Origin: a virus
Taxonomy: Duplodnaviria > Heunggongvirae > Uroviricota > Caudoviricetes
Reading direction: 5' to 3' (one strand)
Virus record (IMG/VR): IMGVR_UViG_2795385890_000001
Length of the DNA: 64,000 nucleotides
The position numbers were made by a program, and so were the translations under genes. The notes beneath the pieces were generated by a model. That model did not search any database. It worked only from the letters and a program-made list of their open reading frames with translations, and was not told where the DNA came from. Of this stretch, positions 51,431 to 61,823 are shown piece by piece. Every line of letters begins with the position of its first letter. Position 1 is the first letter of the stretch.

Positions 51431-51825
51431 GCACCACCACCGCGCGCAAGGCATCGCCCCGCAAGGCGGGCGCGAAGAAGGCAACCGCACCAGCGGCAGC
51501 CGACGCACCGGTGGACGAGACGAAGGAGGCCCCCGCTCCAGCGGGGGCACCTTCTCCGTACCCCGACGGAACGGCCCTATTCGAATTCACGACCAGCAGC
51601 GGGTATGTCGTCCAGTTTCCGAAGTACTCGGAGATCACGCCACCTACCCGCCAATTCTGGTGGGCGCTATACCAACTGGACGAGACCTTCCAGGCGTTCG
51701 AGTGGATGGACTGGGCAGGAGTGCCCAAGGAAATCCAGCTCCGCGTCGTCGGCCTCGACGATGACGAATACAAGGCTGTCTTCGACGCCTGGTTCGCCGA
51801 CTCCAAACTGACCGCGGGGGAATAG
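51427..51825 (+). CDS. Tail assembly chaperone (G-like); -1 frame extension (T-like) continues to 52259
   Basis: TTG start overlapping the major tail stop. Ends ...ACC GCG GGG GAA TAG. The -1 frame stays open from about 51813 to 52259 (track ORF 51945..52259), the classic G/GT arrangement upstream of the tape measure. Confidence 0.5.
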   Translation: MSTTTARKASPRKAGAKKATAPAAADAPVDETKEAPAPAGAPSPYPDGTALFEFTTSSGYVVQFPKYSEITPPTRQFWWALYQLDETFQAFEWMDWAGVPKEIQLRVVGLDDDEYKAVFDAWFADSKLTAGE

Positions 51826-52255
51826 GTGCGCTCACCCGGGCCATCGGCCAGCACTGGCACGCGGTCGAGCGCGACCTCATATCGCTAGACAAGGACTCCG
51901 ACTTCGACGACCGGCGGCTGCCTGTTGCCAAGCTCGGGTCCATCGTGCTGGCCGCACCCCCCGGCACCGCGGTCTACCACGCCATCCACGGCGGGTGGAC
52001 CCGGGAATCTCACCTGCTAGCTGCCCAGATGGAGCAGCACGCGGGCCTGGTCACCATGCCCCAGCGCATTGCCCGTGAGGGCGTAGACCCCAACGCCCCT
52101 GTGCCGCAACCTGAGCGGCCGGTGGGGCCACCACCGCCAGGGCTACTCACCTGCGACGAGATGCCACTTGACGAATTCGAGCGGCTACGCGCAGCCAACT
52201 ACGCGCTGGGCGAGTCCCCCGGTCGCGTCATCGGAATGAAGAAAGGAGTAACCGG

Positions 52256-55200
52256 TTGAGTCCAGCAGTCGCCGCCGTTGAACTGGCGCAAGTATGGGTG
52301 CCACTCATGCCCGAGGCGTCCGGCCTCGCCGCGGGCGTCGAACGCATCGGCCGCGACGCGGAACGCCGCTTCGGCCGTGCCACCCGCACCATGGGCGCCG
52401 ACATGGCCCGCAACCTTGCCGCCAGCGGCAAGTCGGCGGTCGACGCACTCCGCCAGGCCGAACGTGCGGAGAAGGCACTCGCGACTGCGAAGAAGGCAGA
52501 CGCGGACGCCACCGGCCGCCTCTCCGTCGCACAGACACGACTCAACGAACTCAACGAGAAGAGCAGGGCCACAGCCACTCAGCGGGCCGCCGCTGAGGAA
52601 GGAGTGGCGCGGGCGCGGCGCGCGCAGGAGCTGTCGACACAGAATCTGACCCGCGCCACCCGGGACCTGGAGCGTGCGCAGAAGGCGCAGTCACAGGCGT
52701 CCAGTCAGGTCAAGATGCCGTTCGGTGCCGGGCTCATCATGCGGGCCGAGGCGTACGGGTCGGACTCCGGCGCCCGCTTCGCGCAGGGCTTCCAGCGCGC
52801 CCTCAACACCGGCGCCGCACTGGCAGCAGGCGGCGGGTTCATTGCCGCCGTCAAAAGTGTTGTAGACACGGGCCTTTCGTTCGACTCGGCACTCAACACC
52901 ATGCAGGGCGTCACCCGCGCACTACCTGAACAGATGGCCGCCGTATCGCGGCGCGCCCGCGAGCTGGGCGCCGACACCCAGCTCGCCGGGGTATCAGCCT
53001 CCGACGCAGCCCAGGCGATGACCGAACTGGCCAAGGGCGGATTCGACGTCGACCAGTCCATGTCAGCGGCCCGCGGCACCCTGCAATTGGCCACCGCCGC
53101 ACAGGTATCCGCAGCAGAAGCGGCCAAGATTCAGGCCAACGCCCTCCACGCCTTCGGAATGGACGCCAACCAGGCGGCCAATATGGCCGACATGTTGGCG
53201 AACGTCGCCAACGCGTCCACCGGCGACATCGGCGACTTTGCGCTCGGGCTCCAGCAGGCCGGTGCCGTCGCCCACGGTTTCGGCCTGACAGCCCAGGACA
53301 CCATCACTGCCCTCGGACTTCTGGCCAACGCCGGTATCCGCGGCTCCGATGCAGGCACCCTCATCAAGACCTCGCTCCAGGCCATCACTGACCAGGGCAA
53401 CCCCGCCCAGGGCGCCATCGAAAGCCTGGGACTGACCCTGTACGACACCACCGGCAAGTTCGTCGGCTACCGCTCCATGCTGGAACAGGTTGCCGCAGCG
53501 TCAAAGAGGATGACCGAAGAGGAGTTCCAGGCCGACACCAACATCCTATTCGGCTCCGACGCCATGCGCGCCGCCATGGTCGCAGCCGGTGGCGGCGTCC
53601 AGATGTTCGACGAGATGTTCCGGGCCGTCGGCCGCGCCGGTGGTGCCAGCGAGATGGCCGCCGCCCAGATGCAGGGCCTACCAGGGGTGGTTGAAGGGCT
53701 CAAGAACACCGCCGAGAGCGCGAAACTTGCTCTTTACGATCTTGTTTCGCCGTCCTTGCAGTCAGCCGGTCGGGGGATGACCAGCTGGCTGGACAAGGCC
53801 GCCGATGCGATGCGTGACCTCCGCACCGGCGGTGGCGGCAGCGGTACCGCGGTCGACCAGATCCGGCAGGGCTGGCGCGACATTTCCAGCGCTGCCAAGG
53901 ACCTGGCACCCTCTCTCGCTGCTGCGTCCAAGGCCATAGCAATGGGCGCCGGAGCAACTGCCGTAGCAGGCTGGCGTGCACTAGGTTTCGCCATGCAGGC
54001 GTTGGAGCCGCCGCTGAAACTGGTAGCCGACATCCTCGGCAACAACCAATGGCTCACCACCGGTCTCGTAGCAGTCCTCACCGCCCTATACCTCAAGTCC
54101 AAGCTGACCGGCCCCGCTCTACAGGTTGCCGCCAAGGCCACCCAGGCATGGGGCACCGCCTTTGCGGGATGGCGTACCCCCGCTGCGCAGGCACAGCAGG
54201 CCATGGAGAACGCGACACGAGCTGCTGGCGAATCGACACGCGCACAACGCGGATGGGTCACGCAGATGCGGGACAGCTATAACCAGGCTGCCGACCGGTC
54301 CCTGTTCTTCTCCCGCACCGCAGGAACCGCCGGGGCAGCCATGACCGGCATGAAGCTCGCCGGGTCCGGGGTCCTGTCCATGCTCGGCGGCCCGTGGGGC
54401 GTCGCCGCCGCCGGTGTCGGCATCGCGATGGGCATGATTGCCGACGCCCACCAGAAGGCCGCGCAGAAGGCGCAGGAGCAGAAGCAGGCCGAGGAGGAAT
54501 TGCGCGCCACCCTGGACCAGGACACCGGGCGCGTCACCGACGAAACCCGTAGGAAGGCCGCCGAGCGGTTCGGCAAGGAAGACCCCTACAAGACCACCGA
54601 CATCGGGCGCGCCAAGGGCCTAGGCATCGACCCAAACATGTTGGTAGACGCCGCAACTGGAACAGGAAACGCGCAGGCGTACGACATCATCAAGAAGCTG
54701 GCGCTAGACAAGGGCGTGCGGGAGGGCTTGGACAAGGTCTCTATCACCGGATCAGGCGGTACGAAGCTGGACTGGAAGGTGATCCAGCAGCAATACCAGG
54801 CGATGGGGGTGTCATCCGACGAGCTGTACAACGCGCTCCTCAAGGAGGGCAACGGCTGGGACACTGTCAACGAGAAGATTGCAAAGTACCGCACGGCCAA
54901 CCCCGGTGACCAAAATCTCGTTGGTCTGCAACAGATTATCGACGCCATGCCCGACGCTAATGAGTCGCTTATCACGCTAACTCAGAACGTCAACGAGCAG
55001 CGACGCGAGACGGACAAGGGCGCACAGTCGTTGCGGGACCGTGCAGAAGCCCAGTACGGCTTGTGGAAGGCGACCGAGGAAGGCACCGCCAGGTTCAAGG
55101 AACTCGGCGCTGCCATCGTGTCGGTGCCCAACAACAAGTCGATAGACCTCAAGGTCGACCCGGCGAAGTACGACGAGACGAAGAAGAAACTCGAAGAACT

Positions 55201-56962
55201 CGGGTACACCGTCACGCAGCTGCCCGGCGGAATCGTAAAGGTCACCGCCGCAACCGATGAGGCGCAGAAGCGTTTCAACGACCTGGTGTACAAGGTCAAT
55301 AACACGACCGCCACCCTTCCTATAGACCTCAAACTGGCCAACTCGCTCGGCGCGATTTTGCCGCCCGGATTGCAGGGGGTATTCAGCGCAGCCACCCTCG
55401 CCGGGCAGGTACCCGGCCGCGCCTCCGGTGGACATGTCGACAGCCGCGGCGTCATCAGCGGCCCTGGGTCGGGCACCAGCGACTCCATCCTCGCCCGCGT
55501 AATAGGCGGCGGTGGTGCTGGGGGATTAATCAAGGTATCCAACCGGGAGTCGATCAACACTGCGCAGTCCACGCGCGACAACATGCCGCTCATCAACGCC
55601 ATGAACCGCGGCTGGGTACCGTCCGCCAACTTCCTGCGAATCCTCACCGGCATACCCGGATACGCGGGCGGAGGCCCCATCTCCATCGAGGACGCAGCCA
55701 ACGACATGGCGGGTGCGCCCTACGTCCGCGGCGGCCACGGCCCATCCGGTACCGACTGCTCCGGCGCCGCATCCGTCCTTGTCAACGCCGCCGTCGGCCA
55801 GCCCCTGTACGGCGAGCGGATGGCGACCGGGAACGCAGCCGATTGGCTCGCGGCACGCGGCGCCATCATGGGCCGCGGACCAGCAGGCACCCTCCGCGTT
55901 GGATGGAAGAACGGCGGCCCCGGAGGCGGCCACATGGCCGTCACGCTGCCCGACGGCCGTAACGCTGAATCCGGTGGCAGCGTAGGCAAGTTCACCGTCG
56001 GTGCGGGCGCCGCGGGCGCCGACGACCCCCAGTTCACCAACCAGGCGTACATCCCCATGAACGCCATGTACCCCGACGGCTGGCCCAGCGGTGCAGCGGG
56101 TGGCGGCTACAGCATGTACGGCTCCGGCAGCGGAGGAGGCGGGGCAGGCGGCTATGGCGGTGGGGGAAGCGGTGGGGGCGGCGCATCCCCGGCCCAGCGA
56201 CGTCAACTGCGGGACGCAGAGCAGAAGGTCCAGGACAAGCAGTTCGACATCGAACAGGCACAGCGCAAGCTCGACGAACTCCAGGGCAAGAAGAACGTCA
56301 AGCCGTCCGAGCAGGCAGCCGCCGAGGAGCGGCTATCCCGGGCGCAGCGCGAGCACAAGGACGCATTGGACGACCTGTCCACGAAGCAAGAACAGGTCAA
56401 CGACGCCGACGCCCGGGGCCGCGATGGACGCGGCCAGCAGCCGGGCAGCGGCCCCGATGGAAAGAGCTTCGCCAAGGACATGATGTCTGGCGCCATGGAG
56501 ATGTTCGGCCTCGACGGCTCCATCTTCTCCAACCCCATGGACTGGGGAATCTTCAAGCTGTTCACCGGAGGCGCCAACGCCATCGGCGGAATGCTCAAGA
56601 ACGCATTCGGCGGCCCGCAGCAGCAGCAGAACCCCTTGGGTACTCAGGCCATGCGCAACAACCGCCATGGCCCAGGCGGCGCCCCCGGCCCCGGCAACGG
56701 AGGCCTCGGAGAGTTCGACTTCGGCGACGGCGGCATGGGCGTAGTCGGCGACGCACTCCAGGCAGCGCTTCCACAGGTCGGCGACTTCCTGCCCAACAGC
56801 CAGAACCCGGGCGGGAACAACTACACGACCAACCAGAACAGCAACAACAGCAACGCCACCGGTGCCGCGTTCTACGGCCCCGTCACCATCAACGACCCAG
56901 GAGGCCTGGTGAAGCCGCCCGACCGGATGAACACCCGGATGACGGGACTGCCTAGGCCGTGA
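52256..56962 (+). CDS. Tape measure protein with embedded NlpC/P60-like peptidase domain and Gly-rich segment
   Basis: 1568 aa, TTG start. About 55690-56000 encodes AGAPYVRGGHGPSGTDCSGAASVLVNAAVGQPLYG...GGGHMAVTLPDG (Cys...His peptidase core), followed by GGGYSMYGSGSGGGGAGGYGGGGSGGGG. Confidence 0.8.
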   Translation: MSPAVAAVELAQVWVPLMPEASGLAAGVERIGRDAERRFGRATRTMGADMARNLAASGKSAVDALRQAERAEKALATAKKADADATGRLSVAQTRLNELNEKSRATATQRAAAEEGVARARRAQELSTQNLTRATRDLERAQKAQSQASSQVKMPFGAGLIMRAEAYGSDSGARFAQGFQRALNTGAALAAGGGFIAAVKSVVDTGLSFDSALNTMQGVTRALPEQMAAVSRRARELGADTQLAGVSASDAAQAMTELAKGGFDVDQSMSAARGTLQLATAAQVSAAEAAKIQANALHAFGMDANQAANMADMLANVANASTGDIGDFALGLQQAGAVAHGFGLTAQDTITALGLLANAGIRGSDAGTLIKTSLQAITDQGNPAQGAIESLGLTLYDTTGKFVGYRSMLEQVAAASKRMTEEEFQADTNILFGSDAMRAAMVAAGGGVQMFDEMFRAVGRAGGASEMAAAQMQGLPGVVEGLKNTAESAKLALYDLVSPSLQSAGRGMTSWLDKAADAMRDLRTGGGGSGTAVDQIRQGWRDISSAAKDLAPSLAAASKAIAMGAGATAVAGWRALGFAMQALEPPLKLVADILGNNQWLTTGLVAVLTALYLKSKLTGPALQVAAKATQAWGTAFAGWRTPAAQAQQAMENATRAAGESTRAQRGWVTQMRDSYNQAADRSLFFSRTAGTAGAAMTGMKLAGSGVLSMLGGPWGVAAAGVGIAMGMIADAHQKAAQKAQEQKQAEEELRATLDQDTGRVTDETRRKAAERFGKEDPYKTTDIGRAKGLGIDPNMLVDAATGTGNAQAYDIIKKLALDKGVREGLDKVSITGSGGTKLDWKVIQQQYQAMGVSSDELYNALLKEGNGWDTVNEKIAKYRTANPGDQNLVGLQQIIDAMPDANESLITLTQNVNEQRRETDKGAQSLRDRAEAQYGLWKATEEGTARFKELGAAIVSVPNNKSIDLKVDPAKYDETKKKLEELGYTVTQLPGGIVKVTAATDEAQKRFNDLVYKVNNTTATLPIDLKLANSLGAILPPGLQGVFSAATLAGQVPGRASGGHVDSRGVISGPGSGTSDSILARVIGGGGAGGLIKVSNRESINTAQSTRDNMPLINAMNRGWVPSANFLRILTGIPGYAGGGPISIEDAANDMAGAPYVRGGHGPSGTDCSGAASVLVNAAVGQPLYGERMATGNAADWLAARGAIMGRGPAGTLRVGWKNGGPGGGHMAVTLPDGRNAESGGSVGKFTVGAGAAGADDPQFTNQAYIPMNAMYPDGWPSGAAGGGYSMYGSGSGGGGAGGYGGGGSGGGGASPAQRRQLRDAEQKVQDKQFDIEQAQRKLDELQGKKNVKPSEQAAAEERLSRAQREHKDALDDLSTKQEQVNDADARGRDGRGQQPGSGPDGKSFAKDMMSGAMEMFGLDGSIFSNPMDWGIFKLFTGGANAIGGMLKNAFGGPQQQQNPLGTQAMRNNRHGPGGAPGPGNGGLGEFDFGDGGMGVVGDALQAALPQVGDFLPNSQNPGGNNYTTNQNSNNSNATGAAFYGPVTINDPGGLVKPPDRMNTRMTGLPRP

Positions 56963-57972
56963 GGTTCATCCGGCAGTCCGAGATCCCCGCCTACGACCAA
57001 TGGGACAAGCTGCCGAAGGCCCTCCAGGGCCTAGACACCCGGATCGTCCACATCTCACCGGACGGCGACTTCACCGACATGTACGGCGGAGTCAACGCCG
57101 GACGTCAAGGCGTGCAGCTGTCCGAAGACATTGAGGGCGAGCACCACTGGCCTTTCGAGCTACTGCTAACCGAGGGCGCCTATGAGCTTGGGGCCACCGT
57201 CGAACGCGCCAACATCCTCAAACGCGAGATCAACTTCACCGTCTCTATCGGTGGTAAGGGAGTGCCGTTCAACAACTTCCAGTACCGGATGGCTGAGGAC
57301 CGCTGGTTCCGCGGCCAGGACGAGAACCGTGACGGATGGCTCGGCATCTACACCCGCTTCTCCGGCTGGCGTTGGATCAGGGTCCGGCCCGCCCAGACCG
57401 TAGGCGGCAGCCAGAAGCGCGACCCTGTAGCCTTCGGCAACAACTTCGCCAAGTGGCCGATGAAGTGGCTGGCGCAGAAGCCGTACTACAGCAAGCCGTC
57501 CATCTGGGCGACGTGGCAGAACAACCCCGCCACCGCAGCACAATTCGGTGGCGACGGCGAAGGCATCATCGTCCTGCCCAACCGTGGCGACCTGGAGTCC
57601 TACACCCAATTCATAGTCCCGCCCGGCCGGTGCTGGGTTGAGGACGGCGACAGCGGACGCATGGTCGAACTACCCCTGATCGCCCCTTCGGACGGATACG
57701 TCCTCGTCGACACCGACCCCAAGGAGCGGACACTCACCGCATCCAACGATCCGGTCGACAACATCTTCTACCAGATCGCCAGGCGCTCAAAGATATTGGA
57801 CTTCCTACTGCACGACCTGGCAGCCACCGGTGAGCCGGTGTGGAAGCGATTTGACAAGCGGTTCCAAGCATCAGTCCCATCCAGGCACGTCGCGCAGATC
57901 CGGGTCAAGCACAGCAACCCCAATGCCAAGATCACCGCGATACTGCCGCAACGCTATAAGAGGTCTCGGTAG
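56959..57972 (+). CDS. Minor tail protein (distal tail/Dit-like position)
   Basis: First gene after the tape measure, GTG-coupled. Confidence 0.55.
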   Translation: MRFIRQSEIPAYDQWDKLPKALQGLDTRIVHISPDGDFTDMYGGVNAGRQGVQLSEDIEGEHHWPFELLLTEGAYELGATVERANILKREINFTVSIGGKGVPFNNFQYRMAEDRWFRGQDENRDGWLGIYTRFSGWRWIRVRPAQTVGGSQKRDPVAFGNNFAKWPMKWLAQKPYYSKPSIWATWQNNPATAAQFGGDGEGIIVLPNRGDLESYTQFIVPPGRCWVEDGDSGRMVELPLIAPSDGYVLVDTDPKERTLTASNDPVDNIFYQIARRSKILDFLLHDLAATGEPVWKRFDKRFQASVPSRHVAQIRVKHSNPNAKITAILPQRYKRSR

Positions 57973-59808
57973 GTGACTAGCGCACTCCTAGATGGCGTAC
58001 AGCACGGATTGACCACAGCGCCACTGGAGTTCACGCGCTGGCTCAACGACGCCCTCGTAGACACGATGAACCGGCCGACCAAGCCGGACCCGGCCACAGA
58101 CCCCATGTCGGCCTACAAGTACCTGCGCGGCCGACGTGACGCCATTGAAGGTGCGGCACGCCAGCGCCCCATGCTGCGCCTCTTCGACAAGAACATGGAC
58201 CCCATCGCCCAGATCGCGGGCGAGCGGCTGGCGTCCGTCGAGGAGATGAGTTCGGACTCTGGTCAGGCGAATGTCGTACTGCGGTACGACAACTGGCTCA
58301 CCGACTTCATCCTCCAACAGACGAAGATTCACGAGGACCTGCACCTCGTCGTCGACCCCATCCCGACACAGCCAACCTGGCGGACCCGGTGGGGCGGGAA
58401 GGTCACCGGCATCAACGCCAAGCGTGACTCGTCCGGCGTCCACACGCTGGAGCTGGAGGCGATCAGCAACCGGCAGCACGCAAAGAACCTGCTCTTCGCC
58501 GCTAACCCCGTGTTTCCTCCCGAGGTACAGCTGCCGAAAATGTGGGTGCTACCAGGCAATACGCGCACCATCTTGTCCGCGTCCATGTTCATCAACCTGG
58601 CGCGCCTGTTCTTCCCGCTCCTGTCCATCCCGACCAACGTCTTCAACCCGTTCGGCTGGCTCAACGGCGGCATCAGCGGACTCGACCCGCTGTCCTGGCC
58701 GCTGCAAGTCGCTTTCGTCAACCCCATCCTCGACCAGTCCCGCCTCTCCGTCATCGGCGCCGCGTGGACCGACTGGCACTCGGCGATGAACGACATGTTG
58801 AAGGACGCTGGCTGCGACTTCCGCGCCTACACCTGGCTCCAGGAAGACAAGGACTCCCCGCACACCGAACTCGTAGACCTGGTGCGCGGCACCGTCGCTG
58901 AGGACGCCGTCAACGACGCCACTCGGCCGCACCGCAACTGCATCGTCTTCGCCATCGAGGACAAGTCGGGCGTTACCGGCCCAACCGGAACGGCCGCCGA
59001 CGGCGTCATCAACCTCATCGGCGCCACGTTGGACGACATGATCACCGAAACCCTCATCAACCTCGATGAGGACGGCGACGGCGAGACCGATCCGGTGTTC
59101 CGAAAGCTGCTCGGCGTCGCACCCGAGAAGCCGAAAACCATATGGTACGACGGCCAATTCAGCGGAATCATCGAGTCAGAGCGCCGACAACACAAGGGGC
59201 CAGTCAAGACGGTGATGACGGGCTCCCGTAGCCCGCAGATTGTCAACCAAGCGCAGACATTTGCTATCAGATACGCGCTGTCGCAACTGGCGCAGGTAAT
59301 CAACTATGCAATAGGCGCCTACCAGCAGCCGGGCACCGAAGGTCTGGACAACCTCTACCAAGGCCAGCTGGACAATACTTTGCTGGCGTGGATGCGCTTC
59401 ACTGATCCGCGCCGCGCTCTCTGGACCGGCGACATGGCCTGGCAGGAGCATTTCGAGAAGGGCGGCGGCACCGCCTACACCCTGTCCGGTGTCGTCACCA
59501 TGCGCGTCGGCCACTACAAAACCCGTGCCTGGCAGGGCTTTACGGTCAAGGTCGTCAACGGCCGACCACACGCCATAGACATCGACATCGGCCTGGGCGA
59601 CCGGGCCGGGTTCGAGCAGGGCGGCATCATCTTCGTCGACCAGATCACCGCCATAAAGCGAACATGGTCCCGAAGTGAGCCAGTCACAGTGCAACTGGCC
59701 ATCGGCGATGACAGCGACAAGGAAGACCCCGCAGCGCGGGGTCTTCGTGCATTGCAGGCCGTTTGGACGACCCTGTCCCAATTCCTCGGCGAAGGGACCA
59801 TCTTCTGA
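57973..59808 (+). CDS. Minor tail protein (tail-associated, Tal-like position)
   Basis: 611 aa, second gene after the tape measure. Confidence 0.55.
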   Translation: MTSALLDGVQHGLTTAPLEFTRWLNDALVDTMNRPTKPDPATDPMSAYKYLRGRRDAIEGAARQRPMLRLFDKNMDPIAQIAGERLASVEEMSSDSGQANVVLRYDNWLTDFILQQTKIHEDLHLVVDPIPTQPTWRTRWGGKVTGINAKRDSSGVHTLELEAISNRQHAKNLLFAANPVFPPEVQLPKMWVLPGNTRTILSASMFINLARLFFPLLSIPTNVFNPFGWLNGGISGLDPLSWPLQVAFVNPILDQSRLSVIGAAWTDWHSAMNDMLKDAGCDFRAYTWLQEDKDSPHTELVDLVRGTVAEDAVNDATRPHRNCIVFAIEDKSGVTGPTGTAADGVINLIGATLDDMITETLINLDEDGDGETDPVFRKLLGVAPEKPKTIWYDGQFSGIIESERRQHKGPVKTVMTGSRSPQIVNQAQTFAIRYALSQLAQVINYAIGAYQQPGTEGLDNLYQGQLDNTLLAWMRFTDPRRALWTGDMAWQEHFEKGGGTAYTLSGVVTMRVGHYKTRAWQGFTVKVVNGRPHAIDIDIGLGDRAGFEQGGIIFVDQITAIKRTWSRSEPVTVQLAIGDDSDKEDPAARGLRALQAVWTTLSQFLGEGTIF

Positions 59809-60419
59809 TGGCCGCCGACCGGCCAGGCAAGGCGCACCGCGTACCGGCAGACCAGACGCCCTCACCGGCGGCCGACACTGCGACGCTGTCCCCGCGCGAC
59901 CTTGCCGTCTGTGTGGCTGCTGACGACGCCGAAAATGGCGACCTCACACCAGATATGCAGGTAGGACTCGACGCCGGACTGGACATCGAGCAGGCGGCGA
60001 AGGTCGCAGAAATGCGTGAGATACAGCGCGCATACCTGGAGCTGCTGGAGGTCATGGAGTACCCGGTCGACCAGAACGGGCGCGTCCACGACCTCAACCA
60101 CATGTCCGCCACCATCCTCGCAATCGCCTGGACCGCAGTGCTGTACGGCTTCCGCCGCACCGCCACCGCGCACATCAAGAAGCGCCGTATGCACGGCCCG
60201 GGCATCTACGAGAACGCGTGCACGTGGGTGGACGTCAACGCTCCCGACGATGCCGAACGAGACCTACAGCCAGGCGATTACAGCGACGACCGACTCCGCC
60301 CGCCCGACGTCCGCGGACTAGCCGCGCGCCGCGACGGCGAGGGGCCGGTCTTGACCGCCGAGTGGCACACGAAGCCAGAGGTCCGCTACACCGACGCACC
60401 CCGTCCCAAGGAGGACTAG
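59808..60419 (+). CDS. Hypothetical tail-region protein
   Basis: ATG shares a base with the upstream TGA; in frame with track ORF 59763..60419. Confidence 0.4.
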   Translation: MAADRPGKAHRVPADQTPSPAADTATLSPRDLAVCVAADDAENGDLTPDMQVGLDAGLDIEQAAKVAEMREIQRAYLELLEVMEYPVDQNGRVHDLNHMSATILAIAWTAVLYGFRRTATAHIKKRRMHGPGIYENACTWVDVNAPDDAERDLQPGDYSDDRLRPPDVRGLAARRDGEGPVLTAEWHTKPEVRYTDAPRPKED

Positions 60420-61823
60420 ATGACTTCACCGGTACCACCCATCGGCCTGATGGTGTACCTCAAGTCGCTGCTGACGAACACCCACATCTACGCCGTGGTG
60501 TCCGATGGCGCGACACCGGACCAGTACGCGGTCACCATGGAAATCCAAGGCGACCAGGCGACTTTGGTGGTTCCCGCTCTCATGGGTCCGCAGGGTCCGG
60601 CCGGTACCAACGCCTTCGCACTGCGCCTCCAGAAGTCGATGATCGATGACCCCGAGGACCTGCCGACCAACCTCCAGGACATCGAGGAGGACATCGGCAA
60701 GTACTGGATCATGAACCACTACGCCACCGTCAACGAGGTCCAGACGGTGACACTCAACGGCAACCCCACTTCCTTCACCATCGCGTACGACGGCCAGCCG
60801 ACCGCATCCATCGCCGGTAACGCCACCGCCCAGGCATTCGAGGACGCGCTGGTTGCCCTGCCCAACGTCTCGACCGGCGACGTCGAGGTCGTCGGCAACC
60901 CCGGCGGCCCCTACACGGTGACCTTCGCCGGTTCCAAGGCCGGTATTGGGCAGCCGCAGATGACCGGCACGCCCACCGGCGGCACCAGCCCTTCCGTGGT
61001 CGTGACAACCGAGCAGGAGGGCGTCACCAACCTCATCGGGTCTCGCGCCTACATCTGGTTCGGCACGGAGTACCGAATCTTGATGATGGGATCGGAAGGC
61101 CCCCCGGGGCCGGTGCCCCAGATCAGCTGGAGCGTTGAGCTTCTCCCGCCGGAGGGCGCCCAGGACTCCTACGTCCACCAGACCGGCTCCCCGTACGCGC
61201 CGTCGTGCCGCCTGTACTTGAAGGTCCCGCGCGGCCCGCAAGGTCCCGCCGCCAGCCTTGGGCAGGCCCCGGACGTCGACATGTCCACCCCGCCACAACA
61301 CCTCCAGGTTCTGGGCTTCGACGAGAACATCGGGGCATCCGGTAAGTGGCGGCCCATGTCCATTGGGTCGATCCTGCCCAGGCCGTTCACGGTGCCCGAG
61401 GCAGCGTTCACCAACTTCCAGGGCTTCTCCACCCGGGCACCCATCGGGTCCTTTGCCATTCCCGCGCAACCGTTCCCGTGGAAGCCGATTGTGTTCGGGA
61501 AAATCAAGGCGACTGGTGTGGAGCTGGATCAGGACCCGCTCATCATCGGCTGCGAGGTGCGGCTGGGACACCCCACCTCCGGCCAGCTCATTGCCCGCGG
61601 CTTCGGTAACACCTCCCAGTGGGCGCACATGTCGCCGCACGCCTCGACACCGTCCGACCCCACCATGGCCATCACGCCGGACAACACCTACGCCCTGGTG
61701 CCCGCCAACCACACCGGCAACCAGGGCACCGTCTACGTCAACCTGTACAACGACGGCCTGGCCGGTGCCTACCTGTTCGACAAGGCCAACGCCCAGCTGT
61801 ACGTCGAGGTCATGCCGGTCTAA
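60420..61823 (+). CDS. Minor tail protein with collagen-like G-x-y triplet patches (fibre-like)
   Basis: MGPQGPAGTNAF, GPPGPVPQ and GPQGPAAS segments; 467 aa. Confidence 0.55.
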   Translation: MTSPVPPIGLMVYLKSLLTNTHIYAVVSDGATPDQYAVTMEIQGDQATLVVPALMGPQGPAGTNAFALRLQKSMIDDPEDLPTNLQDIEEDIGKYWIMNHYATVNEVQTVTLNGNPTSFTIAYDGQPTASIAGNATAQAFEDALVALPNVSTGDVEVVGNPGGPYTVTFAGSKAGIGQPQMTGTPTGGTSPSVVVTTEQEGVTNLIGSRAYIWFGTEYRILMMGSEGPPGPVPQISWSVELLPPEGAQDSYVHQTGSPYAPSCRLYLKVPRGPQGPAASLGQAPDVDMSTPPQHLQVLGFDENIGASGKWRPMSIGSILPRPFTVPEAAFTNFQGFSTRAPIGSFAIPAQPFPWKPIVFGKIKATGVELDQDPLIIGCEVRLGHPTSGQLIARGFGNTSQWAHMSPHASTPSDPTMAITPDNTYALVPANHTGNQGTVYVNLYNDGLAGAYLFDKANAQLYVEVMPV

